64,000 nt of DNA from Burkholderiales bacterium. GTDB lineage: Bacteria > Pseudomonadota > Gammaproteobacteria > Burkholderiales > SG8-41. The stretch is taken from positions 52,768 through 116,767 of the forward strand of contig DATKOF010000011.1 of the NCBI GenBank assembly GCA_035524795.1, in the 5' to 3' direction. The notes under the pieces were generated by a model. That model searched no databases and was not told the origin of the DNA. It saw only the letters and a list, made by a program, of their open reading frames with translations. Of this stretch, positions 41,369 to 51,729 are shown piece after piece. Each line of letters begins with the position of its first letter. Position 1 is the first letter of the stretch. The position numbers and the translations under genes are program-made.

Positions 41369-41464
41369 TGCGTTGGGTGCCTTTTCAGGTGCCGGCGCAA
41401 CTCCTCCAAATCCTCCTCCTTTGGTGGAAACTTAGCGCAACCCTTCGGGGTTGCGCTTTTTTTT
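41369..41464 (+). ncRNA. CUCCUCC-motif small RNA (Betaproteobacteria toxic sRNA-like)
   Basis: 5' hairpin, CTCCTCCAAATCCTCCTCCTTTGGTGGA core, terminator; own promoter; no credible ORF. Confidence 0.75.
41434..41464 (+). terminator. intrinsic terminator of the sRNA
   Basis: AGCGCAACCC-TTCG-GGGTTGCGCT followed by a T-tract. Confidence 0.9.
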
Positions 41465-41701
41465 CCCCGCTCTCCGAACGGGAACATTTCATTGGAGACG
41501 GTTTTTATTAGCCCATCGCGTTCTCGGCACCCAATGTGCTGCAACGCACAAAAACGGTTTTTCCGTGCATTTGTCAATGCCCGGTCGGCATTTGCCTCGC
41601 ATTTTCCCGGCGTTCGAAATCAGTACGCGACAGGGAGGTGTGAATGGAGTTGTTATACTGCCCGGCCTGCATCAACGCCGCCGTGCGTGACGGATGCAAC
41701 C

Positions 41702-42871
41702 ATGAAAATTCACGAATACCAGGCAAAGGAGATCTTGCGCAACTATGGCGTGCCCACGCCACGCGGCATGCCATGTACGACTGTCGATGAGGCGGTCGCC
41801 GCGGCACGTCGGCTGGGCGGTGCGGCATGGGCGGTCAAGGCTCAGATCCATGCCGGCGGCCGCGGCAAGGGCGGCGGCGTCAAGCTGGCGAAGTCGCTGG
41901 ACGAAGTTGCGCAGCACGCCCGGCAATTGCTGGGCGCGCGGCTGAAGACGCCGCAGACCGGCCCGCAGGGACAGCCGGTGCGGTGGTTGTTGATCGAAGA
42001 AAGCGTCGCCATCGAGCGGGAGATTTACGTCGGACTGACGGTCGACCGCAATCGCCAGCGCGTGTGTCTGATGGCGAGCAGCGAGGGCGGTGTCGAGATC
42101 GAGGAAACCGCGGCGCGTACGCCCGATCGGATCCACCGGGTACTGATCGACCCGTTTGCCGGACTGCGCGACGGCGAGGCCGATACGGCCGCGCGCGCGG
42201 CGGGTGTTCCCGACGCATCGATTGGCAAGGCGCGCGCCGCGTTGCAAGGGCTGTGGCGCGCGTTCGACGCGACCGACGCGGCACTGGTCGAGACCAATCC
42301 GCTGGTGGTGGCCGCCGGCGGCGATGTCGTCGCGCTCGATGCCAAGATCAGTTTCGATCCGAACGCGCTGTTCCGCCATCCCGATCTCGCCGCGTTGCGC
42401 GATTTCGATGAAGAAAATCCGTCCGAGGTCGAGGCGTCGCAGTACGGTCTGTCGTATATCCAGCTCGACGGCGACATCGGCTGTCTGGTCAACGGTGCCG
42501 GGCTGGCGATGGCGACGATGGACATCATCAAGGTCTATGGCGGCAGCCCGGCCAATTTTCTCGACGTCGGCGGCGGCGCCTCGGCCGAGAAAGTGACAGA
42601 AGCGTTCAAGATCATGCTGCGCAACCCGCAACTGAAGGCGATTCTGGTCAACATCTTCGGCGGCATTGTCAAATGCGACCTGATCGCGACCGCGCTGGTC
42701 GAGGCGTCGCGTGCGGTCGGTCTGCGCGTGCCATTGGTGGTGCGGCTCGAGGGCACCAATGTCGAATCCGGCAAAAAAATTCTCGCCGCGTCGGGGCTGC
42801 CGGTGATCGCCGCGGCCAACATGGCCGACGCCGCGCAGAAGGCGGTGGCCGCAACCCGGGGGGCGCCATGA
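41702..42871 (+). CDS. sucC: succinyl-CoA synthetase beta subunit
   Basis: [49 protein letters not shown]. Confidence 0.96.
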   Translation: MKIHEYQAKEILRNYGVPTPRGMPCTTVDEAVAAARRLGGAAWAVKAQIHAGGRGKGGGVKLAKSLDEVAQHARQLLGARLKTPQTGPQGQPVRWLLIEESVAIEREIYVGLTVDRNRQRVCLMASSEGGVEIEETAARTPDRIHRVLIDPFAGLRDGEADTAARAAGVPDASIGKARAALQGLWRAFDATDAALVETNPLVVAAGGDVVALDAKISFDPNALFRHPDLAALRDFDEENPSEVEASQYGLSYIQLDGDIGCLVNGAGLAMATMDIIKVYGGSPANFLDVGGGASAEKVTEAFKIMLRNPQLKAILVNIFGGIVKCDLIATALVEASRAVGLRVPLVVRLEGTNVESGKKILAASGLPVIAAANMADAAQKAVAATRGAP

Positions 42872-43746
42872 GCATCCTGATCGACCGCAACACGCGTGTG
42901 ATGACGCAGGGCATCACCGGCAGGACCGGCCAGTTCCATACACGGCTGTGCCGCCAGTATGCGAACGGCGAAAACTGCTTTGTCGCCGGCGTCAATCCGA
43001 ACAAGGCGGGCGACAGCTTCGAAGGCATCCCGGTGTTCGCGACGGTGCGCGAGGCGAAGCAGCAGACCGGCGCCACGGTGTCGGTGATCTACGTGCCGGC
43101 GTTGTTCGCGGCGGCGGCGATCGACGAGGCGGTCGATGCCGGACTCGACCTCGTGGTGTGCATCACCGAAGGCATTCCGGTACGCGACATGATCCGCGTC
43201 CGTTACCGGATGGAGGGCAGGCGCACTCTGCTGATCGGGCCGAACTGTCCGGGCATCATTACGCCGGATGAAATCAAGATCGGCATCATGCCCGGCTACA
43301 TCCACAAAAAAGGTCCGATTGGCGTGGTGTCGCGCTCCGGCACGCTGACTTACGAAGCGGTCTGGCAGTTGATGGAGCAGGGGCTTGGCCAGTCGGGCTG
43401 CGTCGGCATCGGCGGCGACCCGGTCAACGGGCTGAAGCACCTCGACGTGATGAAGATGTTCAACGATGATCCGCACACCGAAGCGGTCGTCATGGTCGGC
43501 GAGATCGGCGGCGCGGATGAAGAAGAATGCGCGCGCTGGGTCAAGTCGCACATGCAGAAACCGGTGGTCGGCTTCATCGCCGGGCTGACCGCGCCGCCAG
43601 GCAGGCGCATGGGGCACGCCGGCGCGATCATCTCCGGCGGTCAGGGCACTGCCGCGGAAAAACTCGCGGTAATGGAAGAATGCGGGATCAAAATCACCCG
43701 CAATCCGGCCGAAATGGGCAAGCTGACCAGGGCCGAGCTGAGATGA
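42868..43746 (+). CDS. sucD: succinyl-CoA synthetase alpha subunit
   Basis: [32 protein letters not shown] phospho-His. Confidence 0.97.
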   Translation: MSILIDRNTRVMTQGITGRTGQFHTRLCRQYANGENCFVAGVNPNKAGDSFEGIPVFATVREAKQQTGATVSVIYVPALFAAAAIDEAVDAGLDLVVCITEGIPVRDMIRVRYRMEGRRTLLIGPNCPGIITPDEIKIGIMPGYIHKKGPIGVVSRSGTLTYEAVWQLMEQGLGQSGCVGIGGDPVNGLKHLDVMKMFNDDPHTEAVVMVGEIGGADEEECARWVKSHMQKPVVGFIAGLTAPPGRRMGHAGAIISGGQGTAAEKLAVMEECGIKITRNPAEMGKLTRAELR

Positions 43747-43768
43747 TTTGCCGGCGCGGTCGTTAGCC

Positions 43769-44515
43769 ATGGAAATGCTAGCCACTTCCGAATTCTGGGG
43801 CGGTCTGTTCGCGATCATCTGGATCAACCTACTGCTCAGCGGCGACAACGCCGTGGTGATCGCGCTGGCCGCGCGCTCTTTACCGCCGAAACAGAAAAAG
43901 CAGGCGGTGATCTGGGGCAGCGCGGCTGCGATTGCGATGCGGGTGGCGCTGATGATACTCGCGGTCGAACTGCTGAAGCTGCCGTTCCTCAAGATCGTCG
44001 GCGGCCTGCTGCTGCTGTGGATCGCGATCCAGCTGCTGACGCCGGGCGCGGGGAATGGCAGCGCCGGGATCAAGGACAGCGGCAATCTGGGCGCCACGAT
44101 CCGCACCATCATGTTCGCCGACCTCGTGATGAGTCTCGACAACGTGATCGGCGTTGTCGCCGCCGCCAACGGCAATCTGGTGCTGCTGGTGCTGGGGGTT
44201 GCGATCGGCATCCCGCTGATCGTATTCAGCAGCACGCTGGTGCTCAAGGTAATGGACCGTTTTCCGCTGCTCATCACGCTGGGCGCCGGTCTGCTCGGCT
44301 ATATCGCCGGCGAAATGCTGATTACCGATCCGGCGGTTGCGGGCTGGGTCGAGGGCAATGCACACTGGCTCAGGGACATCATGCCGGGGCCGCTTGAATT
44401 TTCCGCGGCGGGCATTGCCGGCGCAGTCGCGGTGGTCATTGCAGGGAAACTGCTTGCGGCGCGCACGGAAACTGGAAAAATCGTTGATCTGATGGAACGG
44501 CGGGGCCGTGATTGA
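43769..44515 (+). CDS. TerC-family (YjbE-like) membrane protein
   Basis: LLSGDNAVVIA, ADLVMSLDNV. Confidence 0.92.
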   Translation: MEMLATSEFWGGLFAIIWINLLLSGDNAVVIALAARSLPPKQKKQAVIWGSAAAIAMRVALMILAVELLKLPFLKIVGGLLLLWIAIQLLTPGAGNGSAGIKDSGNLGATIRTIMFADLVMSLDNVIGVVAAANGNLVLLVLGVAIGIPLIVFSSTLVLKVMDRFPLLITLGAGLLGYIAGEMLITDPAVAGWVEGNAHWLRDIMPGPLEFSAAGIAGAVAVVIAGKLLAARTETGKIVDLMERRGRD

Positions 44516-44956
44516 ATGGGGGCGGCAATGTTCGCGATACTGATAGCGGTGGATGGGTCGGAGAATGCGTTGCGCGCGGTAAATTTCGCGGCAGAGCAGG
44601 CTCCGCAATACAAGGACGAACTCGAAATTCATCTGCTGAATGTGCAGTTGCCAGTGGCATCCGGCGCCGTCAGACGGTTCATCGGGCACAAGGAACTCGA
44701 CCACTACTATCAGGATGAAGGGACGGCGGCGCTGGTGTCGGCGCGCAAACGGCTCGACGACGCCGGTCTGCGCTATCACCACCATATCTGTATCGGCGCC
44801 CATGCCGAAACCATTGTCGGTTGCGCGCAGGAAAAAGGCTGCAGAATGATCGTCATGGGCGCGCGCGGGCTGGGTTCGTTGGCCGGCATCTTGCTCGGTT
44901 CGGTCGCCACCCAGGTGATCCATCTGTCTCCGCTGCCGGTGCTGATCGTCAAATAG
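44516..44956 (+). CDS. universal stress protein
   Basis: ILIAVDGS, IVMGARG...LLGSVATQV....PVLIVK. Confidence 0.92.
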   Translation: MGAAMFAILIAVDGSENALRAVNFAAEQAPQYKDELEIHLLNVQLPVASGAVRRFIGHKELDHYYQDEGTAALVSARKRLDDAGLRYHHHICIGAHAETIVGCAQEKGCRMIVMGARGLGSLAGILLGSVATQVIHLSPLPVLIVK

Positions 44957-45242
44957 CCGGCGCAGAACGGCATCCGATTGCGGATTTACGGCAGATCACG
45001 CCCGGCACGGCGAAATGGACGGCTGCCAGGCCGGGCGGTTTGCCTGCCAGCAGACCGTCCGGCACGGCAATTGCTCTTGCGGATTTTATGCGGGACACTC
45101 TTCCTCCACGAAGGGGGCTCTTGTAACGAAAGGGGTTTCTGGTTAAATTGTGAAAAAAAACATATATTTTCACAGCATATATCGTAAAATGAATAATTCA
45201 ATACTGGTAACCTGCCATAACATATAGAAAAAGCGGGAAGGG

Positions 45243-47786
45243 ATGAAAAACTCGGCGTTTTGGAAGTCCGACTGGTTTCTCGGGGCCGTCGTTACGCTGG
45301 TATTGCTGATTGCCTCCGGTGGCGATCTGATCCAAAGCCTCGAACGCAAGGCCTATGATCTGGGCGTGCGTGCGGCCTCGCGTACCCCGTCGGATCGTGT
45401 CGCGGTAATTGCGATCGACGACGAGAGCATCGCCAACATCGGGCGCTGGCCGTGGCCGCGCGACGTGCACGCCAGGATGATCGACCTGCTGGCCGGCGCC
45501 AAGGCCAAGACCATCGGCTATTCGGTGTTTTTCACCGAGCCCCAGATCGATCCCGGTTTCGCCTACATCAAGCAATTGAAGGAGGCGTTCGGCGCGTCGT
45601 CGCTGAAAAATGGCGCGCAGGGCGAGCAGTTTTATGCGCTGCTCGGCGAAGCCGAGGACGCGCTGAATACCGACCAGAAGCTGGCGGCCAGCATCAAAAA
45701 CGCGGGCAATGTCATTCTGCCGATGGTTTTCAAATTGGGCGAGCCACAGGGTAATCCCGACCATCCTTTGCCGGATTACGTGCTGGCATCCAGCCTGCAG
45801 GTCGCGGGCGCGAACAACGACAATCTGCCGCTGTCGGGAGTCGAGCCGTTGTATCCGATACCGGAATTTTCCACTGCTGCCGCCGGGCTCGGACATCTGA
45901 ATGCCAAGCCGGACGTGGACGGCGCAGTGCGCACCGAGCCTTTGGTGATACGTTATTACGATAAATTCTTCCCCTCCATGGCGTTGCTGCTGGCGACCAA
46001 GAGCTATAACCTCAACGTCGGCGATATCAAGGTGGATCTCGGCAAACAGGTTCAAATCGACAAGTTGCACATCACGACCGACGCCGATACCAGCATGCAC
46101 ACTTTTTTCTATGCTGACAAGGGCGACAAGCCCCCGTTCAGCGTAGATTCCTTTTCCGAAGTCCTGAGCGGCAAGATCCCGGCCTCCAAGTATCAGGACA
46201 AGATTGTGCTGATCGGGGCTACTGCGACGGGAGTGGGCATTTCGCAGGTGACGCCGGTATCGGCATCAACTCCGCCAGTACTGGCGCTCGCACATAGCTT
46301 ATCCTCGATTCTGCAGGAAAATTTCTTCGTCGAACCAGGTTGGGGTTTCTGGGTGAGCAAGCTCGTGTTTATCCTGGTCGCCGCCTATCTGATCGCGCTG
46401 TTGCCGCGGCTCAAGGCGGGCCGCGCCGCAATCTGCACCGCGGCGATTTTCGCGGCGCTGATGATCGCGCATTTCGTGCTGATGACGACGCAACTGATGT
46501 GGATCCAGCTGATGGCGGCGGCGACGCTGCTGCTGGTCGGACACCTGGCATTGACCACCAAGCGTTTCCTGGTCACTGAGCGCAGTAAGGAAGTCGCCGA
46601 TGCCGACCTGATCGTGACCAATCGCAGTCTCGGTCTTGCCGAGCAAGGGCGCGGCAATCTTGACGCCGCCTACGATTACCTGCGGCGGCTGCCGAAGGAA
46701 GACCGCACCGCCGAACTGCTCTACAACCTCGCGCTCGATTTCGAACGCAAGCGGCAGTTCAACAAAGCCGAGTCGGTGCTTCTGTACATCGCCGAATGGG
46801 CGCCGAAGTTCCGCGACGTGCAGGAACGCGCGCAGCGCTCGAAGGTGATGTCGGAGACGGTGATTCTCGGCGGTGCAGCGGGCCATCCCGGCGGTACCAT
46901 GATGCTGAACGCCGGCGAAAAGCCGATGCTCGGCCGCTACCAGGTCGAGAAGGAACTGGGCAAGGGCGCGATGGGTGTCGTCTATCAGGGCAAGGACCCG
47001 AAGATCGGCCGCGTCGTCGCGATCAAGACGATGGCGCTGTCGCAGGAGTTCGAGGCCGACGAACTGGAGGACGTCAAGGAGCGTTTCTTCCGCGAAGCGC
47101 AGACCGCGGGTCGCCTCGCCCACCCGCACATCGTGACGATCTACGACACCGGCGAAGAGCACGACCTCGCTTACATCGCGATGGAATTCCTGAAGGGCAA
47201 GGATCTGACGCCCTACATCAAGCCCGACAACCTGCTGCCGCTGCCGAAAGTGATGTCGATCATCGCGCGGGTTGCCGATGCCCTCACCTATGCGCATGCC
47301 AATAGCGTCGTGCATCGCGACATCAAACCGGCCAACATCATGTATGAACCGGAATCCGATTCGGTCAAGGTTACCGATTTCGGCATCGCGCGCATCACCG
47401 ATTCGTCGAAGACCAAGACCGGCATGGTGCTCGGCACCCCCAGCTATATGTCGCCCGAACAACTGGCCGGCCACAAGATCGAGGGCCGTTCCGATCTGTT
47501 TTCGCTCGGCGTCACGCTGTATCAGCTCGCCTGCGGCCATCTGCCGTTCCAGGGCGATTCGATGGCGCAGCTGATGTTCAAGATCGCCAACGACGCGCCG
47601 ACCGATATCCTGAGCTATAACCCGAACCTGCCGCCGTGCCTGGTCGCGATCATCGATCGGGCGCTGGCCAAACAGCCCGATCAGCGCTATCAGACCGGCG
47701 CCGAGATGGCGCAGGCGATCCGCGAGTGCATGGGGAGCGGCGGCGACGCTCCTCCCAAGCAGGATGTGGTCGATATCGGATTGTAG
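45243..47786 (+). CDS. CHASE2-domain transmembrane Ser/Thr kinase with TPR-like linker
   Basis: CHASE2 motifs IAIDDES, GRWPWPR, D.DG.VR, KIVLIG; three TM; helical TPR-like segment; Hanks kinase LGKGAMG, VAIK, HRDIKPAN, DFG, GTPSYMSPE. Confidence 0.92.
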   Translation: MKNSAFWKSDWFLGAVVTLVLLIASGGDLIQSLERKAYDLGVRAASRTPSDRVAVIAIDDESIANIGRWPWPRDVHARMIDLLAGAKAKTIGYSVFFTEPQIDPGFAYIKQLKEAFGASSLKNGAQGEQFYALLGEAEDALNTDQKLAASIKNAGNVILPMVFKLGEPQGNPDHPLPDYVLASSLQVAGANNDNLPLSGVEPLYPIPEFSTAAAGLGHLNAKPDVDGAVRTEPLVIRYYDKFFPSMALLLATKSYNLNVGDIKVDLGKQVQIDKLHITTDADTSMHTFFYADKGDKPPFSVDSFSEVLSGKIPASKYQDKIVLIGATATGVGISQVTPVSASTPPVLALAHSLSSILQENFFVEPGWGFWVSKLVFILVAAYLIALLPRLKAGRAAICTAAIFAALMIAHFVLMTTQLMWIQLMAAATLLLVGHLALTTKRFLVTERSKEVADADLIVTNRSLGLAEQGRGNLDAAYDYLRRLPKEDRTAELLYNLALDFERKRQFNKAESVLLYIAEWAPKFRDVQERAQRSKVMSETVILGGAAGHPGGTMMLNAGEKPMLGRYQVEKELGKGAMGVVYQGKDPKIGRVVAIKTMALSQEFEADELEDVKERFFREAQTAGRLAHPHIVTIYDTGEEHDLAYIAMEFLKGKDLTPYIKPDNLLPLPKVMSIIARVADALTYAHANSVVHRDIKPANIMYEPESDSVKVTDFGIARITDSSKTKTGMVLGTPSYMSPEQLAGHKIEGRSDLFSLGVTLYQLACGHLPFQGDSMAQLMFKIANDAPTDILSYNPNLPPCLVAIIDRALAKQPDQRYQTGAEMAQAIRECMGSGGDAPPKQDVVDIGL

Positions 47787-47794
47787 CCGCCATC

Positions 47795-48622
47795 ATGACG
47801 ACGAAACTGGGCGCCGCACTCGAAGTCGTGACCGCGACCGATCCCGGCATGGTGCGTTCGCATAACGAGGACAGCATCGCGGCGGACCGGGAACTGGGGC
47901 TCGCGGTGCTGGCCGACGGGATGGGCGGCTACAACGCGGGCGAGGTGGCGAGCGGGATCGCGGTGGCAATGCTGACCAGCGAGATGCGCGAAGCGCTGGC
48001 GGGCACCTCGGCGAACGAAGCGGACGCGTCGGGAACCCCGTTCGCGGTCACGCTGATCAGGGACAGCGCAGGCAAGGCCAATGCCGCGATTTATCAGGCC
48101 GCCCAGAGCCAGCCGCAGTACGCGGGCATGGGCACAACGCTGGTCGCCGCGTTGTTTTATGATAATCACGTGGCGATCGGCCATATCGGAGATTCGCGGC
48201 TGTATCGGCTGCGCGGCGACGGTTTCGAGCAGGTCACGCGCGACCACTCGTTGTTGCAGGAACAGATCGACAGCGGCATGATAAGCAAGGAGCAGGCACG
48301 TTATTCCCAGAACAAGAATCTGGTGACACGCGCGGTCGGCATCGATCCCGAGGTCGAAACCGAGGTTCACACGTACGAAGTCGAGCCGGGAGATATTTAT
48401 CTGCTGTGTTCGGACGGCCTGAGCGACATGGTCGAGGACGAGGATATCCACAATACGCTGTCCATGCTGAGGACGAATCTGCCGCTGGCGGCGCAACAAC
48501 TGATACAGCTTGCCAATGACAACGGCGGGCGCGACAACATTTCGGTGATTCTGGTGCGGGTGCTGGGAGATTATGCGGTGCCCAGTGGCTGGTTTGCCAG
48601 GCTCAAGGCCTGGTTTGGATAA
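47795..48622 (+). CDS. PP2C-type Ser/Thr phosphatase (Stp1/IreP-like)
   Basis: R.HNED, LADGMGG, GEVAS, GMGTT, IGDSR, TRDHS, LCSDGL, GGRDN. Confidence 0.95.
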   Translation: MTTKLGAALEVVTATDPGMVRSHNEDSIAADRELGLAVLADGMGGYNAGEVASGIAVAMLTSEMREALAGTSANEADASGTPFAVTLIRDSAGKANAAIYQAAQSQPQYAGMGTTLVAALFYDNHVAIGHIGDSRLYRLRGDGFEQVTRDHSLLQEQIDSGMISKEQARYSQNKNLVTRAVGIDPEVETEVHTYEVEPGDIYLLCSDGLSDMVEDEDIHNTLSMLRTNLPLAAQQLIQLANDNGGRDNISVILVRVLGDYAVPSGWFARLKAWFG

Positions 48623-48643
48623 TACGGTGACAGGAAGATTGCC

Positions 48644-49372
48644 ATGGCGAAGCTAATCATGAGTCTCGACAACGCGGTGATCCGCGAGGTGCCCCTCGAC
48701 AAGGAGCGCGTCACGATCGGCCGCAAAGCCCACAACGACATCCAGGTCGACAATCTGGCGGTCAGCGGCGAACACGCGGTGATCGTGACAATACTCAACG
48801 ACTCGTTTCTGGAAGACCTCGGCAGCACCAACGGCACCCTGGTCAACGGCAATCCGGTCAAGAAACACATCCTGCAGACCAATGACGTGATCGAAATCGG
48901 CAAGTACAAGTTCAAATACGTCGCCGACCAGGGGGCCGGCAAGGCGTCGGTGGCCGATTTCGAGAAAACCATGGTGCTGCGTGGTCCGGTGCCGCGCGCG
49001 GCTGCAGCACCGGGGGCGGGAGGCTTCGGCGATACCCAGATCAATACCACGACCACCGTTTCCTCCCCCAGCCATCCGCCGGCCAGCCTCGGCAAACAGC
49101 CGGAGAAGATGGCCGCGGTGCAGATTCTGACCGGGCCGAACGCCGGTAAGGAACTCGAACTGACGAAAAACCTGACCACGCTCGGCAAGCCCGGCGTGCA
49201 GGTCGCGGTGATCACGCGCCGGCCGCACGGGCACTTCATCACCCATGTCGAGGGCGCCAATTTTCCGATCGTCAACGGCAAGCCGCTCGACGCCCAGGCG
49301 CATCAGTTGAATGACCATGACGTGATCGAACTGGCGGGCGTCAAGATGGAATTTTTTCTCAAGAACAGCTAG
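48644..49372 (+). CDS. FHA-domain protein with second FHA-like C-terminal domain
   Basis: IGR, VSGEHA, DLGSTNGT phospho-Thr-binding motifs; Thr-rich linker; C-terminal VNG..L...DVIELAG repeat. Confidence 0.92.
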   Translation: MAKLIMSLDNAVIREVPLDKERVTIGRKAHNDIQVDNLAVSGEHAVIVTILNDSFLEDLGSTNGTLVNGNPVKKHILQTNDVIEIGKYKFKYVADQGAGKASVADFEKTMVLRGPVPRAAAAPGAGGFGDTQINTTTTVSSPSHPPASLGKQPEKMAAVQILTGPNAGKELELTKNLTTLGKPGVQVAVITRRPHGHFITHVEGANFPIVNGKPLDAQAHQLNDHDVIELAGVKMEFFLKNS

Positions 49373-49482
49373 CTTCCCTCAATCTTTCGGCTGCGGCCGG
49401 CGATGATTCGCACAGAGGGCGACGCCGGCGGGTGCCGACACTTTCCAAGGCGACACATGACCATGCTTGCTGAGGCGGCCGG

Positions 49483-51729
49483 ATGGAGAGCCTGAAAAAA
49501 CACGCCGTACGCATCGGTCTCGGCCTCATCCTGGTCGTCGTTTTCCTGCTGCACGCGGGCAAGTGGATCGAGTTGCCGCTGATCGGGCGGCTCGAGGCGA
49601 TCGTCTACGACACGCGGCTCGAACTGACCATGCCGCGCACCGTCGACGACCGCATCGTGATCCTCGACATCGACGAAAAGAGTCTGGCCGAGAAGGAAAA
49701 GGGCGGCGAGGGCCACTGGCCGTGGCCGCGCGACCGGCTGGGCGCGCTGCTCGACGAACTGTTCGACCACTACCAGATCACGATCGTCGGTTTCGACGCG
49801 GTGTTTGCGGAGCGCGACCAGAGTTCCGGCTGGGGCGTGCTGCAGCAACTGGCGCAGAAGGAGCTGCGCGACGTCGGCGGATTCCAGTCGAAGCTGCGCG
49901 GACTGCAGCCGCAGCTCGATTACGACGGAATTTTTGCCGCCAAAATGCGCGGACGCCCGATCGTGCTCGGCTACACATTTTCCGATAACGATACCGCTGG
50001 CACCAAGGGCGCGCTGCCGGCGCCGACGCTTGCCGCCGGCACCTTCGCCGGCAAAAACATCGATTTCCGCAGATACGCCGCCTTCACCGCCAACCTCCCG
50101 GAATTGCAGCAGGCGGCCGCCAGCGCCGGTCATTTCAATCTTGATCCCGATGACGATGGCATTCTGCGCCGCGTGCCGATGCTGGTGGAATTCAACGGCG
50201 CCTATTACGAGCCGCTGTCACTGGCGATCGTGCGCATGCTGGCGGGGTCGCCGTCGGTGACGCCGGAATTTGCGCCGGGCAAGATCTGGTCGAAGAATTA
50301 CTCGGGGCTGGAGTGGCTGAACGTCGGTTCGCGGCGCATCCCGGTCGATGAAAAAGTCACCGCGCTGATCCCGTACCGCGGCGGTCAGCGCAGCTTCAAG
50401 TACATTTCCGTCGTCGATGTGCTGCATGAACGGGTGCCGGTCGGCGATCTGAAAGGCAAGATCGTGCTGGTCGGCACCACCGCGCCGGGCCTGCTGGACC
50501 TGCGCGCGACGCCGGTCGGCTCGGTCTATCCCGGCGTCGAAGTGCACGCCAACATGATTTCCGGGATGCTCGACAACGACATCAAGCAGAAGCCGCCGTA
50601 TGTGATCGGCGCCGAGTTCATGCTGGTACTACTGGCCGGAGTCACTCTCGCGCTGCTGTTGCCGACGCTGAGTCCGCTGAAGGCGCTGATCACGACATCA
50701 ATCACGCTGCTGCTGCTGATCCTGATCAACGTCGTGGTGTTCCATTACGGCAATCTTGTGCTGCCGCTGGCATCGGCGCTGGTGATGGTGGCGCTGCTGT
50801 TCGCGCTCAACATGTCGTACGGCTTCTTCGTCGAGGACGCGCGCAAACGCCTGATCACCGGGCTGTTCGGCCAGTACGTGCCGCCGGAACTGGTCGATGA
50901 AATGGCGAAGAATCCGGAGCAGTTCAGCATGGCGCCGCGCGCGCAGGAACTGTCGGTGCTGTTTTCCGACGTGCGCGGGTTCACCACCATTTCCGAAAGC
51001 CTGTCGCCGGAAGACCTCGCGGTGTACATCAACGAGTATCTGACGACGATGAGCCTGGTGATCCGCGAACGCCACCGCGGCACGCTCGACAAGTACATCG
51101 GTGACGCGATCATGGCGTTCTGGGGCGCGCCGCTGCCGGACCCGGCGCACGCGCGCAACAGCATACTCGCGGCGCTCGACATGCAGCAGGAGGCGGTGGC
51201 GCTCAACGAAAAGTTCAAGGCGCGTGGCTGGCCGACGTTCCGGATCGGCATCGGCATCAATACCGGGGTGGTGCGCGTCGGCGACATGGGGTCGCAGATC
51301 CGCCGCGCCTATACCGTGATGGGCGACGCGGTCAATCTGGCGTCGCGGCTGGAGGGCATCACAAAGGAATACCACGCTGATATCATAGTGGGCGAGGCGA
51401 CCCGGAATGCGGTTTCCGACATCGTGTTTCGCGAGTTCGACAAGGTGCGCGTCAAGGGCAAGGACGAAGCGGTGGCGATTTACGAACCGCTGGGGCTGCA
51501 GGGGCAGATCAGCAAGGCCAGACTCGATGAAACCAAGCTGTACGGACAGTTTCTCCGACTTTACCGGGCCCAGGACTGGGACCAGGCCGAACTGCAGCTG
51601 TTCAATCTGCAGAAAATGGCGCCGGACAACGCGCTCTACAGCCAGACGCTGCCGGAGCGTATTGCCCATCTGCGCGGGAACCCGCCGGGCGCGGGTTGGG
51701 ACGGCGTATTCACCTTCAAGACCAAGTAG
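49483..51729 (+). CDS. CHASE2-domain class III adenylate cyclase
   Basis: CHASE2 (DIDEKS, WPWPR, DDDGILRR, PGVEVHA), three TM, LFSDVRGFT, DKYIGDAIMAFWGAP, YTVMGDAVNLASRLEG. Confidence 0.93.
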   Translation: MESLKKHAVRIGLGLILVVVFLLHAGKWIELPLIGRLEAIVYDTRLELTMPRTVDDRIVILDIDEKSLAEKEKGGEGHWPWPRDRLGALLDELFDHYQITIVGFDAVFAERDQSSGWGVLQQLAQKELRDVGGFQSKLRGLQPQLDYDGIFAAKMRGRPIVLGYTFSDNDTAGTKGALPAPTLAAGTFAGKNIDFRRYAAFTANLPELQQAAASAGHFNLDPDDDGILRRVPMLVEFNGAYYEPLSLAIVRMLAGSPSVTPEFAPGKIWSKNYSGLEWLNVGSRRIPVDEKVTALIPYRGGQRSFKYISVVDVLHERVPVGDLKGKIVLVGTTAPGLLDLRATPVGSVYPGVEVHANMISGMLDNDIKQKPPYVIGAEFMLVLLAGVTLALLLPTLSPLKALITTSITLLLLILINVVVFHYGNLVLPLASALVMVALLFALNMSYGFFVEDARKRLITGLFGQYVPPELVDEMAKNPEQFSMAPRAQELSVLFSDVRGFTTISESLSPEDLAVYINEYLTTMSLVIRERHRGTLDKYIGDAIMAFWGAPLPDPAHARNSILAALDMQQEAVALNEKFKARGWPTFRIGIGINTGVVRVGDMGSQIRRAYTVMGDAVNLASRLEGITKEYHADIIVGEATRNAVSDIVFREFDKVRVKGKDEAVAIYEPLGLQGQISKARLDETKLYGQFLRLYRAQDWDQAELQLFNLQKMAPDNALYSQTLPERIAHLRGNPPGAGWDGVFTFKTK

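Noticed and set aside
45243..49372. Kinase-PP2C-FHA as a T6SS regulatory module
   Set aside because: No tss/hcp/vgrG/clpV genes in the window; neighbours are cNMP and pilus genes
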